A stretch of 64,000 nt of DNA, taken from an uncultured Solirubrobacteraceae bacterium. Its GTDB lineage: Bacteria; Actinomycetota; Thermoleophilia; Solirubrobacterales; Solirubrobacteraceae. Below are positions 9,953-17,969 of this stretch, in pieces. The stretch's first letter is position 1, and each line of letters starts with the position of its first letter. Below the pieces are notes generated by a model. The model had not been told where the DNA came from and searched no databases. It saw nothing but the letters and a program-made list of their open reading frames with translations. Location of the stretch: the NCBI GenBank assembly GCA_963697725.1, contig OY969096.1, forward strand, positions 1,947,438 to 2,011,437. The letters are read 5' to 3'. The position numbers and the translations under genes are program-made.

Positions 9953-10467
9953 CGCGTACAGGCCCCCTCGGCCTTGGCGGTGCCGAAGCAGCCATAGCGG
10001 TAGCGGCGCAGGTCTTCGTGCTTGGGTGGCAGATACCAGCCGCCCCGCGCCTTGCGATAACCGTGCAGGACCGGCCCTGTCATCTGCAAGCAGATCTGGG
10101 TGCGTTCTTTCGGCGGCCCCGGCGTCGTGTTGCCGCATACGGAGTCCGTCGTCGTGAAGTGCTTGACGTCCTGTTCGGTCGAGACGTTTTTGTAGTCGTG
10201 GCCCGTGTAGGCGCGCCAGGTGCGCAAGTCGGCGCTGAGGCGGTGGTTGACGTGCGTGCCGAGCACCACGTCGTTGACGGTCGCGACCGTCAACAGCAGC
10301 CCGACGATCAGCAACACGGCGGTCTCGATCCGCCAGCGCCGACCGCCGCCGTGGAGCTCGGTCTCGCGCGGGCGCAGCCGCGGCGGCAGCCACTGCCAGC
10401 CGCGATCGGAGGATGAGCGCCCCGCGGGCTGGGCGGGCGGGGTCGCAGATGTGGGCTGCGTGCTCAT
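9949..10467 (-). CDS. Hypothetical membrane-anchored protein with four Cys
   Basis: One hydrophobic segment then an extracytoplasmic-like domain; 4-nt overlaps with both neighbours. Confidence 0.7.
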   Translation of the reverse strand: MSTQPTSATPPAQPAGRSSSDRGWQWLPPRLRPRETELHGGGRRWRIETAVLLIVGLLLTVATVNDVVLGTHVNHRLSADLRTWRAYTGHDYKNVSTEQDVKHFTTTDSVCGNTTPGPPKERTQICLQMTGPVLHGYRKARGGWYLPPKHEDLRRYRYGCFGTAKAEGACTR

Positions 10468-11774
10468 GCGACGGGTGCGAACAGCGGCGTGAGTTGGTGG
10501 ACGATGAACAGCGCCTGGATAGCGAGCGTCGCGACCAGCAATCTGCGATCGCGCGAGATCGCCGCGAGCGGCAGCGGCCAGAGGATGTACCAGGCGAGCA
10601 GCCAGGTGCTCGTGACCGAGATCGCCAAGAGCGCCCAGCCCGACGCGGCGACCCAGTCATAGCCGCGCCAGGTGCGCCACAGCAGGTGCAGCACGATCAC
10701 GACGAGCGCCAGCTTCAGCAGGTCGTGGTCCACTGGAAACACACCCGGCTTGCCGAACAGGTGCGCGATCTCGGTGGCGAAGCTGTCGCTTGAGACGAAC
10801 GCGGCGTCGCGGTTCAGCGCGGCGACGATGTTCACGCCGTCGACGCCGAACACCGCGTAGGCGAGGACCGCGCCCGCCACGAGCGCCCCGAGCGCGCCGA
10901 GGATCTGCGCGCGACTACGGCGCGCGACGATCATGAATGGCAGCAGCGCCGCGACCGTCGCCTTGACGAGTGCCCCCGCGACGACCATCGCCGCGGCGGG
11001 CGCGTCGCGTCCGGCGAACGTCAGCGCGACGGCCGCCATCATCATCAACATCATGATCAGGTCGTTGTGCGCACCGCCCAGCGCATAGATCACATACAGC
11101 GGGTTCGCGCCGACGACCAAGAGTGCTGCCACGGGGTCGCGCCCGCGCAGACGTGCGCAGCGCCAGGTAAGCACGAGCGTGCCGGCGCTGGCGAGCATCG
11201 CCACGATCTTCATCCCCCACAACCCGCCGGTCACGCCGAGCAGGCCAAAGGGGTAGGAGATCAGCGTGTAGAGCGGGCCATAGGCGGTCTCGACCTTCTT
11301 CCAGTCCTGCCCGACGTAGTGGTAGATCGGATCGCTGGTGATCGCAATTGGGCCGTGGGTGTATGGGTTCAGGCCATGCTCGACGCCCATCCGCGCGTAG
11401 GCGATGTAGCTAAAGACGTCCGTCGAGAGCAGGATCGGACCGACGAACACGATCACGTGCAGCGCCACGACGAGCGCAACCGCCCAGCGTTTGGAGAAGC
11501 TGCGCGCGAACGCGATCAGGCCCGCGTAGCCCGCGGTGAACGCCAGCAGCGCGATCAGGAAGACGCGATAGCCCAGGCGCTCGCCGACGCCCGACAGCCA
11601 GCCTGCCAGCTGCGGGGACTTGGGAATCAGGATCGAGTGGCCGACCGCTCCATCGAGCACGACCTCGGCGGTCGCGGCGAGGATCACCAGCGCGCACGCG
11701 CCGGCCAGCAGTGGCGCCCACTGCGTGGTGCGGGTGCGGGCCAGCGGGACTTCGCTCTGCGCGGCGACGTTCAC
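10464..11774 (-). CDS. GT-C polyprenol-phosphomannose-dependent mannosyltransferase (MptB/GT87-like)
   Basis: LSTDVFSYIAYARM, AYGPLYT, GGAHNDLIM motifs; start trimmed to GTG 11774. Confidence 0.8.
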   Translation of the reverse strand: MNVAAQSEVPLARTRTTQWAPLLAGACALVILAATAEVVLDGAVGHSILIPKSPQLAGWLSGVGERLGYRVFLIALLAFTAGYAGLIAFARSFSKRWAVALVVALHVIVFVGPILLSTDVFSYIAYARMGVEHGLNPYTHGPIAITSDPIYHYVGQDWKKVETAYGPLYTLISYPFGLLGVTGGLWGMKIVAMLASAGTLVLTWRCARLRGRDPVAALLVVGANPLYVIYALGGAHNDLIMMLMMMAAVALTFAGRDAPAAAMVVAGALVKATVAALLPFMIVARRSRAQILGALGALVAGAVLAYAVFGVDGVNIVAALNRDAAFVSSDSFATEIAHLFGKPGVFPVDHDLLKLALVVIVLHLLWRTWRGYDWVAASGWALLAISVTSTWLLAWYILWPLPLAAISRDRRLLVATLAIQALFIVHQLTPLFAPVA

Positions 11775-11787
11775 GACGCCGCGCAGC

Positions 11788-13296
11788 TCACAAGGCGGTC
11801 CAGACGGTCTTCGTCTCCAGGTAGGCATCGAGGCCATCGTGGCCGTGCTCGCGCCCGAGGCCAGAGGCCTTGAAGCCACCGAACGGCGCGGGCGGCTCGA
11901 CGTTGCCCCAGGTGTTCACGTAGATCGAGCCCGCGCGCAGCATCGAGGCAAGCTTGTGCGCGCTTGAGAGGTCGCGCGTCCAGACGCCCGCTGCGAGCCC
12001 GTACTCGCCCTGATTGGCGCGCTCGGCGACCTCCTCGAGCGAGTCATAGGGCGAGGCCACGAGCACCGGGCCGAAGATCTCCTCGCGGGCGATCTTCAGC
12101 TCATCGGAGGTCGTGCTGAACAGCGTCGGCGCCACGTAGTAGCCGCCGCTGTCGGTCAGCACGGTCTCGCCGCCCGCCAGCAGCTCCGCGCCCTCATCCT
12201 TGCCGGAGTCGATGTAGCTCATCACGCGGTCACGCTGCTCGGCCGAGACGAGCGGGCCGAGCTGGGTCTCGGGGTCGAGGCCCGGGCCCAAGCGCGAGCC
12301 GTTCGCGGCCTGCGCCAGCGCGCCCATCACCTGGTCGAAGCTCTCCGACGGTACGAACAGGCGCGAGCCGGCGTTGCAGGCCTGTCCCGAGTTGAAGTAG
12401 ATCCCCTGGAAGGAACCCTTGATCGCCGCTTCGATGTCGGCGTCGGGGAGCATGATGTTCGGCGACTTGCCGCCGAGCTCGAGGGTCACGCGCTTGAGCG
12501 CTTTGCCAGCCTTCGCGCCGATCTCGCGACCGACCGCGGTCGAGCCCGTGAAGGCGATCTTGTCGACGCCGGGGCTGTCCACGAGCGCGGCGCCGGTCGC
12601 GCCGTCCCCGGTCAAGACGTTGATCACACCCGGCGGGAAGCCCACCTCGAGCGCCAGCTCGCCGATCCGCAACGCGGTCAGCGGCGTCTGCTCAGCGGGC
12701 TTGAGCACGGTCGTGCAACCCGCGGCGAGCGCCGGGCCGAGCTTCCAGGCGGCCATCAACATCGGGAAGTTCCACGGCACAATCTGTCCGCACACGCCGA
12801 CGGGCTCGCGGCGCGTGTAGCAGAGCATGTTGGGCGCGGTCACCGGCAGCACGCCGCCCTCGATCTTCGTGGGCCAGCCCGCGAAGTAGCGCAGGTGCGC
12901 GGCGGCGCCACGCACGTCGACGTACTTGGCCAGGCCGACGGGCTTGCCATTGTCCAGCGACTCGAGCTCCGCGAGCTCCTGGTCGTGGTCTTCGATCGCC
13001 TGCGCCAGCGCGTGCATCAGCTGCTCACGCCCGGTCGCCGGCAGGCTTGCCCACGGCCCGCTCTGGAGCGCCTCGCGCGCGGCGCGCACAGCACGCTCGA
13101 CGTCCTGGGTGCCGGCCTGCGCCACGGTCGCGAGCTCGCGCCCGCTCGAAGGGTCGAGCGTCGTGAAGGTCGCGCCATCGGCGGCGTCGAGGCGCTCGTC
13201 GCCGATCAAGAGCTGCTGCGGGCGCGCGAGGAACTCGCGCGCGGCGGCGCCTAGCGCATCGGGCAGGGCGGTTGCGGTGTCGGCGGCGGCGGTCAT
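11788..13296 (-). CDS. NAD-dependent aldehyde dehydrogenase
   Basis: GQIVPWNFP, FTGSTAVG, LELGGKSP, GQACNAG, EEIFGPV; AAGGAG RBS. Confidence 0.95.
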   Translation of the reverse strand: MTAAADTATALPDALGAAAREFLARPQQLLIGDERLDAADGATFTTLDPSSGRELATVAQAGTQDVERAVRAAREALQSGPWASLPATGREQLMHALAQAIEDHDQELAELESLDNGKPVGLAKYVDVRGAAAHLRYFAGWPTKIEGGVLPVTAPNMLCYTRREPVGVCGQIVPWNFPMLMAAWKLGPALAAGCTTVLKPAEQTPLTALRIGELALEVGFPPGVINVLTGDGATGAALVDSPGVDKIAFTGSTAVGREIGAKAGKALKRVTLELGGKSPNIMLPDADIEAAIKGSFQGIYFNSGQACNAGSRLFVPSESFDQVMGALAQAANGSRLGPGLDPETQLGPLVSAEQRDRVMSYIDSGKDEGAELLAGGETVLTDSGGYYVAPTLFSTTSDELKIAREEIFGPVLVASPYDSLEEVAERANQGEYGLAAGVWTRDLSSAHKLASMLRAGSIYVNTWGNVEPPAPFGGFKASGLGREHGHDGLDAYLETKTVWTAL

Positions 13297-13345
13297 AGCG
13301 GCTCCTTGTGCGCGACTTTACGGTTGTGCGCGGCTGCGCGCGACC

Positions 13346-14380
13346 CTAGGGTTGCAGGACGATCTTAAGCGCCTCGCGGCGGTCGTACAGAGCGTACGCC
13401 TCGGGGGCGTCTTCGAGGCTCATGTGATGCGTCACCAGCGGGCTGGGGTCGAGCCGTCCGCTGGACATCAGCTCCAGCACCTGGTCGACGTGCCCGATCA
13501 CGTTGGCGTGTCCCGAGCACATCTTCAGCGCCTTGATCCAGAACAAGCCCATGTGCACCTCGCAGCGCTCGGCATAGACGCCAATCGTCTGGATCGTGCC
13601 GCACTTGCGGGTCAGGCGAATCGCGAGCTCAAGCGCGCGTGGATCTCCCACGGCGTCGATGCACGCATCCACCCCGCGCCCCTCGGTCAGCTCCCGCACC
13701 GCGGCGCGGGGGTCTTCCTCGGTCAGGTGCACAGCCTTTGCGCCGAACGAGGCCGCCATCTGCAGGCGCTCGGGAACGGTGTCGACCGCGATTACGTGGG
13801 CCGCGCCGACGGCGAGCGCCGCCTGCACGGCACACAGCCCGACGGGGCCGAGGCCCAGCACCGCGGCGCTGTCGCCAGGTTGCAGCCCGCTTTCGACGGC
13901 GGCGTGATAGCCCGTGCCCATCACGTCGCCCGCGAACAGCGCGGTCTCATCGCTCATCCCGGCGGGTACCTTGCGCAGTACCAGGTCGGCGCTCGGCACG
14001 AGCGCCGAATCAGCCTGCGTACCCTGTAGTGATCCGAGCGCCGCGCCGTGGCCGAAGGTGCGCGAGGAATCGCACTTGTGAAACAGACCGCGGCGGCAGA
14101 AGAAGCAATGTCCGCAGGCGGTCTGAAAGCAGCCGAGCACGCGGTCGCCGACGGCCACGTTGCGGACCTCCTCGCCGACGGCGGTGACGGTACCGACGTA
14201 CTCATGTCCAATCGTGAAGCCGGGTTCGATCTTCACGCGGCCGTGGTAGATGTGCAGGTCCGAGCCGCACACGCCGCTGGCCTCGATCCGCACGATCGCG
14301 TCGGTCGGATCGACGAGCTCGGGCTCGGGAACCTCCTCGACGAGCACCTCGCCCGGGGCCTGGAAAGTGACTGCGCGCAT
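13346..14380 (-). CDS. Zinc-dependent alcohol dehydrogenase (MDR family)
   Basis: GVCGSDLH, GHEYVG, structural Zn motif CGHCFFCRRGLFHKC, GLGPVG. Confidence 0.93.
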   Translation of the reverse strand: MRAVTFQAPGEVLVEEVPEPELVDPTDAIVRIEASGVCGSDLHIYHGRVKIEPGFTIGHEYVGTVTAVGEEVRNVAVGDRVLGCFQTACGHCFFCRRGLFHKCDSSRTFGHGAALGSLQGTQADSALVPSADLVLRKVPAGMSDETALFAGDVMGTGYHAAVESGLQPGDSAAVLGLGPVGLCAVQAALAVGAAHVIAVDTVPERLQMAASFGAKAVHLTEEDPRAAVRELTEGRGVDACIDAVGDPRALELAIRLTRKCGTIQTIGVYAERCEVHMGLFWIKALKMCSGHANVIGHVDQVLELMSSGRLDPSPLVTHHMSLEDAPEAYALYDRREALKIVLQP

Positions 14381-14388
14381 CGGCGCCC

Positions 14389-14417
14389 ACCCTAGAGGAC
14401 CAACGCCGGTTTATGCT
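14389..14417. promoter_or_regulatory. Back-to-back candidate leaderless -10 elements (TAGGGT minus, TATGCT plus)
   Basis: 8 nt from the ADH ATG and 6 nt from the SDR ATG within a 43-bp divergent gap. Confidence 0.55.
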
Positions 14418-14423
14418 GCCCAG

Positions 14424-15275
14424 ATGTCCGAACCATCGAAGGCGGTGCTGATCACGGGCTGCTCAACGGGGATCGGCCGTGCGACCGCGCTGCGCCTAGC
14501 CGGCGCGGGCTGGAACGTGTACGCGACCGCGCGGCGGCCGGAGACGCTCGCGGAGCTGCAGGCCGCGGGCTGCGAGACGCTCGCCCTGGACGTGACCGAC
14601 GAGCAGTCAATGCAGGCGGCGGTCGCCCACGTCGAGCAGGCCGAGGGCGCGGTCGGGGTACTGATCAACAACGCGGGCTACAGCCAGAGCGGGGCGCTCG
14701 AGACGGTGCCGATGGAGGCGATGCGACGGCAGTTCGAGACCAACGTGTTCGGGCTCGTACGGCTGACCCAGCTGGTGCTGCCGAAGATGCGCGCGCAGCA
14801 CTGGGGCAAGATCGTCAACCTCGGCTCGATGGGCGGACGCCTGTCGTTTCCGGGTGGAGGGCACTACCACGCGACCAAGCATGCCCTGGAGGCGATCTCC
14901 GACGCGCTGCGCTTCGAGCTACGCGGCTTCGGCATCGACGTGGTGCTGCTGGAGCCGGGCCTGATCACGACCGAGTTCGGCGAGGCCGGGGCCGCCAGCA
15001 TCGCAGAGGTGCAGATGAGCGGCGAGGACCCCTACGCGAAGTTCAACACGACCGTGGGCGCGGTCACAAAAGGCGCCTACGAAGGCCCGATGAAGCTGCT
15101 TGGCGGCGGCCCCGACCGCGTTGCCAAGGTGATCGAGCGCGCAATCAAGCGCCGCAACCCTCCCGCGCGAATCACGATCACCCCCTCGGCAAAGCTAACC
15201 CTTGGCATGCGCAAACTCCTGCCAGACCGCCTCTGGGAAGCCGCCATGCGCGCCCAGTTCCCCCAGCCCCGGTAG
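14424..15275 (+). CDS. Short-chain dehydrogenase/reductase
   Basis: TGCSTGIG, NNAG, YHATK; start trimmed to ATG 14424. Confidence 0.93.
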   Translation: MSEPSKAVLITGCSTGIGRATALRLAGAGWNVYATARRPETLAELQAAGCETLALDVTDEQSMQAAVAHVEQAEGAVGVLINNAGYSQSGALETVPMEAMRRQFETNVFGLVRLTQLVLPKMRAQHWGKIVNLGSMGGRLSFPGGGHYHATKHALEAISDALRFELRGFGIDVVLLEPGLITTEFGEAGAASIAEVQMSGEDPYAKFNTTVGAVTKGAYEGPMKLLGGGPDRVAKVIERAIKRRNPPARITITPSAKLTLGMRKLLPDRLWEAAMRAQFPQPR

Positions 15276-15376
15276 GCACAAGCACAAGCGCCCCAGTTGC
15301 CTTAGCCACGCTAGGCGCAACCACAGCCGGCCCGAATGCCTTCGCCACGCTAGACGCAAGCACAGCCGGCCCGGAT
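15271..15376. repeat. 39-bp tandem repeat, two full copies plus a degenerate partial
   Basis: 15299-15337 and 15338-15376 match at 35/39; a preceding 28-bp partial matches about 20/28. Confidence 0.8.
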
Positions 15377-15508
15377 GGCCGGCCCTGTAACGGTCGTGGC
15401 GGCCGGAGCGTTCACAAGTTGTAGCGAGAAGCGGAGGCCGGCTCGACTAAGAGGCTGGATGCCGTTCACAGGGCGAAGCACAGGGCGGGTCTCGTGTCCA
15501 GATGCCGT

Positions 15509-16393
15509 TCACGGGTTTCGAGCAAACCCCGGCCCCGGCCGCCCAACCTCAAACCCCTGCGCGTAGTCCACCCCGTACTCCCGCAACAACCGCAGCGTCT
15601 CCTGATCCCCAACAAACTCGGCGATGGTCTTCTGGCCCATCTCGCGCACGAGCCCGACGAGCGCCCGTACGACGAGCTGGTCGTGGCTTGAACGCGGCAA
15701 GCCGCGGATGAAGGCACCATCGATCTTCAGATAGCTGAAGGGCAGATGCTTGAGGTAGTGAAAGGAGCCAAAGCCGGCGCCGAAGTCGTCGAGCGCAACG
15801 GCGGCCCCGAGCCGCTCGACGCCGGCGCAGAAGGCTCTGGCTCGCTGCATGTCGGAGATCGAGGCGGTCTCGGTGATCTCGATCACCAGCCGCGCGGGAT
15901 CGGCGCCGTGGTGCTCGAGCGCGCGCTCGATCTGGCCGAGCATGCCGCGGTCGGTGACCGACAGCGCGGACAGGTTCATCGCAACCCCGCCGGCGCCATC
16001 GCCACGATCCTCGCCGAGTAGCGTCGCGACCTTCTCGACCACCATCCGGTCAATCTCTCCAATCAGCCCGTAGCGCTCGGCCGCAGGCAGGAAGCTGGCG
16101 GCGCCGACCACGCTGCCGTCGTCTTCATCCGCGAGCCGCACGAGCGCCTCGTGATGGGAGACGCGCCCGTCGAGGAGCGAGACGATCGGCTGGTAGTGCA
16201 ACACAAACAGGTCCTCCGCCAGCGCGCGGCGCAGGCGCGCAAGCCATGGCCTCCGCTGCAGGCCCGCGGGCGAGCAGATCCGCTCGGCGCCGGGCTGGGG
16301 TACCGGCATCCCGCGATAGCGCTGCTGGGCCGAGCGACTGGGGGCACGCATCAACAGTCGTGGTTTGGCCCGGGCGATGGTCGAGGTCCGCAT
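15509..16393 (-). CDS. Standalone EAL-domain c-di-GMP phosphodiesterase
   Basis: LHYQPIV, HEALVR, IEITE, DDFGAGFGSFHYLKHLPFSYLKIDG, YAQGF; AGAGGA RBS; no GGDEF. Confidence 0.92.
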   Translation of the reverse strand: MRTSTIARAKPRLLMRAPSRSAQQRYRGMPVPQPGAERICSPAGLQRRPWLARLRRALAEDLFVLHYQPIVSLLDGRVSHHEALVRLADEDDGSVVGAASFLPAAERYGLIGEIDRMVVEKVATLLGEDRGDGAGGVAMNLSALSVTDRGMLGQIERALEHHGADPARLVIEITETASISDMQRARAFCAGVERLGAAVALDDFGAGFGSFHYLKHLPFSYLKIDGAFIRGLPRSSHDQLVVRALVGLVREMGQKTIAEFVGDQETLRLLREYGVDYAQGFEVGRPGPGFARNP

Positions 16394-16459
16394 CTCGGCG
16401 GTCCTCTTCGACGGGGCGCGCGCGTCCCCTGCGGCTGAGAGGTCGCGCCCGTGAGGCCT

Positions 16460-16476
16460 TGACCCTGCGCGGGTCA
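16460..16476 (-). terminator. Hairpin TGACCC-GCGCA-GGGTCA at the SEDS gene stop
   Basis: Perfect 6-bp stem including the TGA; no U-tract, so terminator role uncertain. Confidence 0.35.
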
Positions 16477-17841
16477 GGCGCGAGCGCGCGGCTCGTACGG
16501 TCGCCGCGCGCGATCTGAGACCACCAACAACAGCGCGAGCAGCACGAAGTTCATCACGACGGAGGAGCCGCCGTAGGCGACGAACGGCAGGGTTACCCCG
16601 GTCAGGGGGATCACGCGGGTGACACCGCCAACGATCACGAACACTTGCATCGCGACCACAAACGCAAGACCGGTAGCGAGCAGCTTGGAGAAGGAGTCGC
16701 GGGCCAGCACGGCGGTCTTCAGGCCGCGGGCGACGAACAGCAGGTAAACGACCAGCAGCGCCGCCGCCCCGGCAAGGCCGAGCTCGTTGGTGATGACGGC
16801 GTAGATCGTGTCGCTTTCTGGGACCGGCAGGATCGGCCCGCCGCCGTGGGGCAGGCGCAGCAGCGACTGGTCAAAGCCGGTGCCGAGCAGGCCGCCGTCG
16901 GCCTGAGCGAACAGCGACTGCGCGAGCTGGTAGCTGCCGCCCGCGGGCTTGTTGTAGAGCGCGGGGTCGAAGGGGTGTTCCCAGGCCAGCACGCGCGAGT
17001 GCACGTGGCTGACGTGCGTGGCGACGAACCAGGCGCCGAAGGCGAACAGCACGAGGCCGATAAAGGGAAAGGAGAAGCGCCCTGTGGCGACGTAGAGCAG
17101 CGCGAGGAAGGCGCCGTAGAACATCAGCGAGGTACCTAGCTCCCGAGTCAGCAGCAGCGTTCCCATCGCGGCGCCCCAGACGATCAACATCGGCCCGAAC
17201 TGCTTCATCGGCGGGATCGTGAGACCCAGCACGCGTCGCCCCGCGGTCACGAGCAGCTGTCGGTTATCGCGCAGATAGCTGGCGAGGAACACGACGATCG
17301 CGATCTTGGCGAGCTCGGACGGTTGGAAGGAGATGCTGCCGATGTGGATATCCAGATAGGCGCCGTTGACTTGCGCGCCGATCCCGGGCAGGCGCGGCAG
17401 CACGGTTATGCCGATGCCGATCGCGGCGATCGTGTAGCGGTAGCGCTCGAGCACGGCCACCCCGTTCTTGCGCAGGGCGATGATCGTCGCGGCGAACAGC
17501 ACCAGCCCAACGACCATCCACTGCGCCTGCTGACGCGCGAGCACGGGTTCGATGCGGTAGACCATCACGATCCCGACGCTGGCCAGCACGGCGGCCAGCG
17601 GGAACAGGTAAGGGTCGGCATGCGGCAGCGCGAAGCGGATCACCAGGTGGGCCGCCAGACAGAGCCCGAGGAACAGCGCCCCGTAGGTCAGCGAGACGCT
17701 GGAGGCGTGGTTCAGCGTGAGGTTGGTTGCCGCGCCGGGGGCGATGTCTTCGGCCTGGATGAAGATCGCGGTGAAGCCCGCAATCACCAGCAGCGCCGAG
17801 GGCAAGAGGCCCAGCAGCTCCCGGTTTCTGGCGCTCAGCAC
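16474..17841 (-). CDS. FtsW/RodA/SpoVE family SEDS protein
   Basis: SFQPSELAKI, RELGTSL, GGSYQLAQS, ESDTIYAVITNELG, IPLTGVTLPFVAYGGSS; GTG 17841 has TAGGCT 7 nt upstream. Confidence 0.92.
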   Translation of the reverse strand: MLSARNRELLGLLPSALLVIAGFTAIFIQAEDIAPGAATNLTLNHASSVSLTYGALFLGLCLAAHLVIRFALPHADPYLFPLAAVLASVGIVMVYRIEPVLARQQAQWMVVGLVLFAATIIALRKNGVAVLERYRYTIAAIGIGITVLPRLPGIGAQVNGAYLDIHIGSISFQPSELAKIAIVVFLASYLRDNRQLLVTAGRRVLGLTIPPMKQFGPMLIVWGAAMGTLLLTRELGTSLMFYGAFLALLYVATGRFSFPFIGLVLFAFGAWFVATHVSHVHSRVLAWEHPFDPALYNKPAGGSYQLAQSLFAQADGGLLGTGFDQSLLRLPHGGGPILPVPESDTIYAVITNELGLAGAAALLVVYLLFVARGLKTAVLARDSFSKLLATGLAFVVAMQVFVIVGGVTRVIPLTGVTLPFVAYGGSSVVMNFVLLALLLVVSDRARRPYEPRARA

Positions 17842-17969
17842 GGCTCCGAGCCTAGCCGCCCACCCGGCGCGGACACGCCGCATGGCTCGGTACGCTTGGC
17901 GCTCGGGCGTGCCTCCGGGGGGCTGCGCATGCCTATCGGCCCATATGAGCTGCCCAGAGCTGAAATCCC

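Noticed and set aside
8369-10660. 763-aa ORF as a single fused protein, and similar long N-terminal extensions on hpnC, rplS, ribH, rsmD, yraN
   Set aside because: Extensions overlap genuine upstream genes in other frames and are low-information; internal starts fit stop/start overlaps or promoters
15271-15516. Possible CRISPR array
   Set aside because: Repeats are contiguous or only two copies, with no unique spacers and no cas genes
17933-17940. Second sigma28-like -10 (GCCGATAG, minus strand) upstream of the SEDS gene
   Set aside because: No -35 resemblance, and the gene already has a well-placed TAGGCT; similar hits at 6011 and 17056 lie antisense inside CDSs
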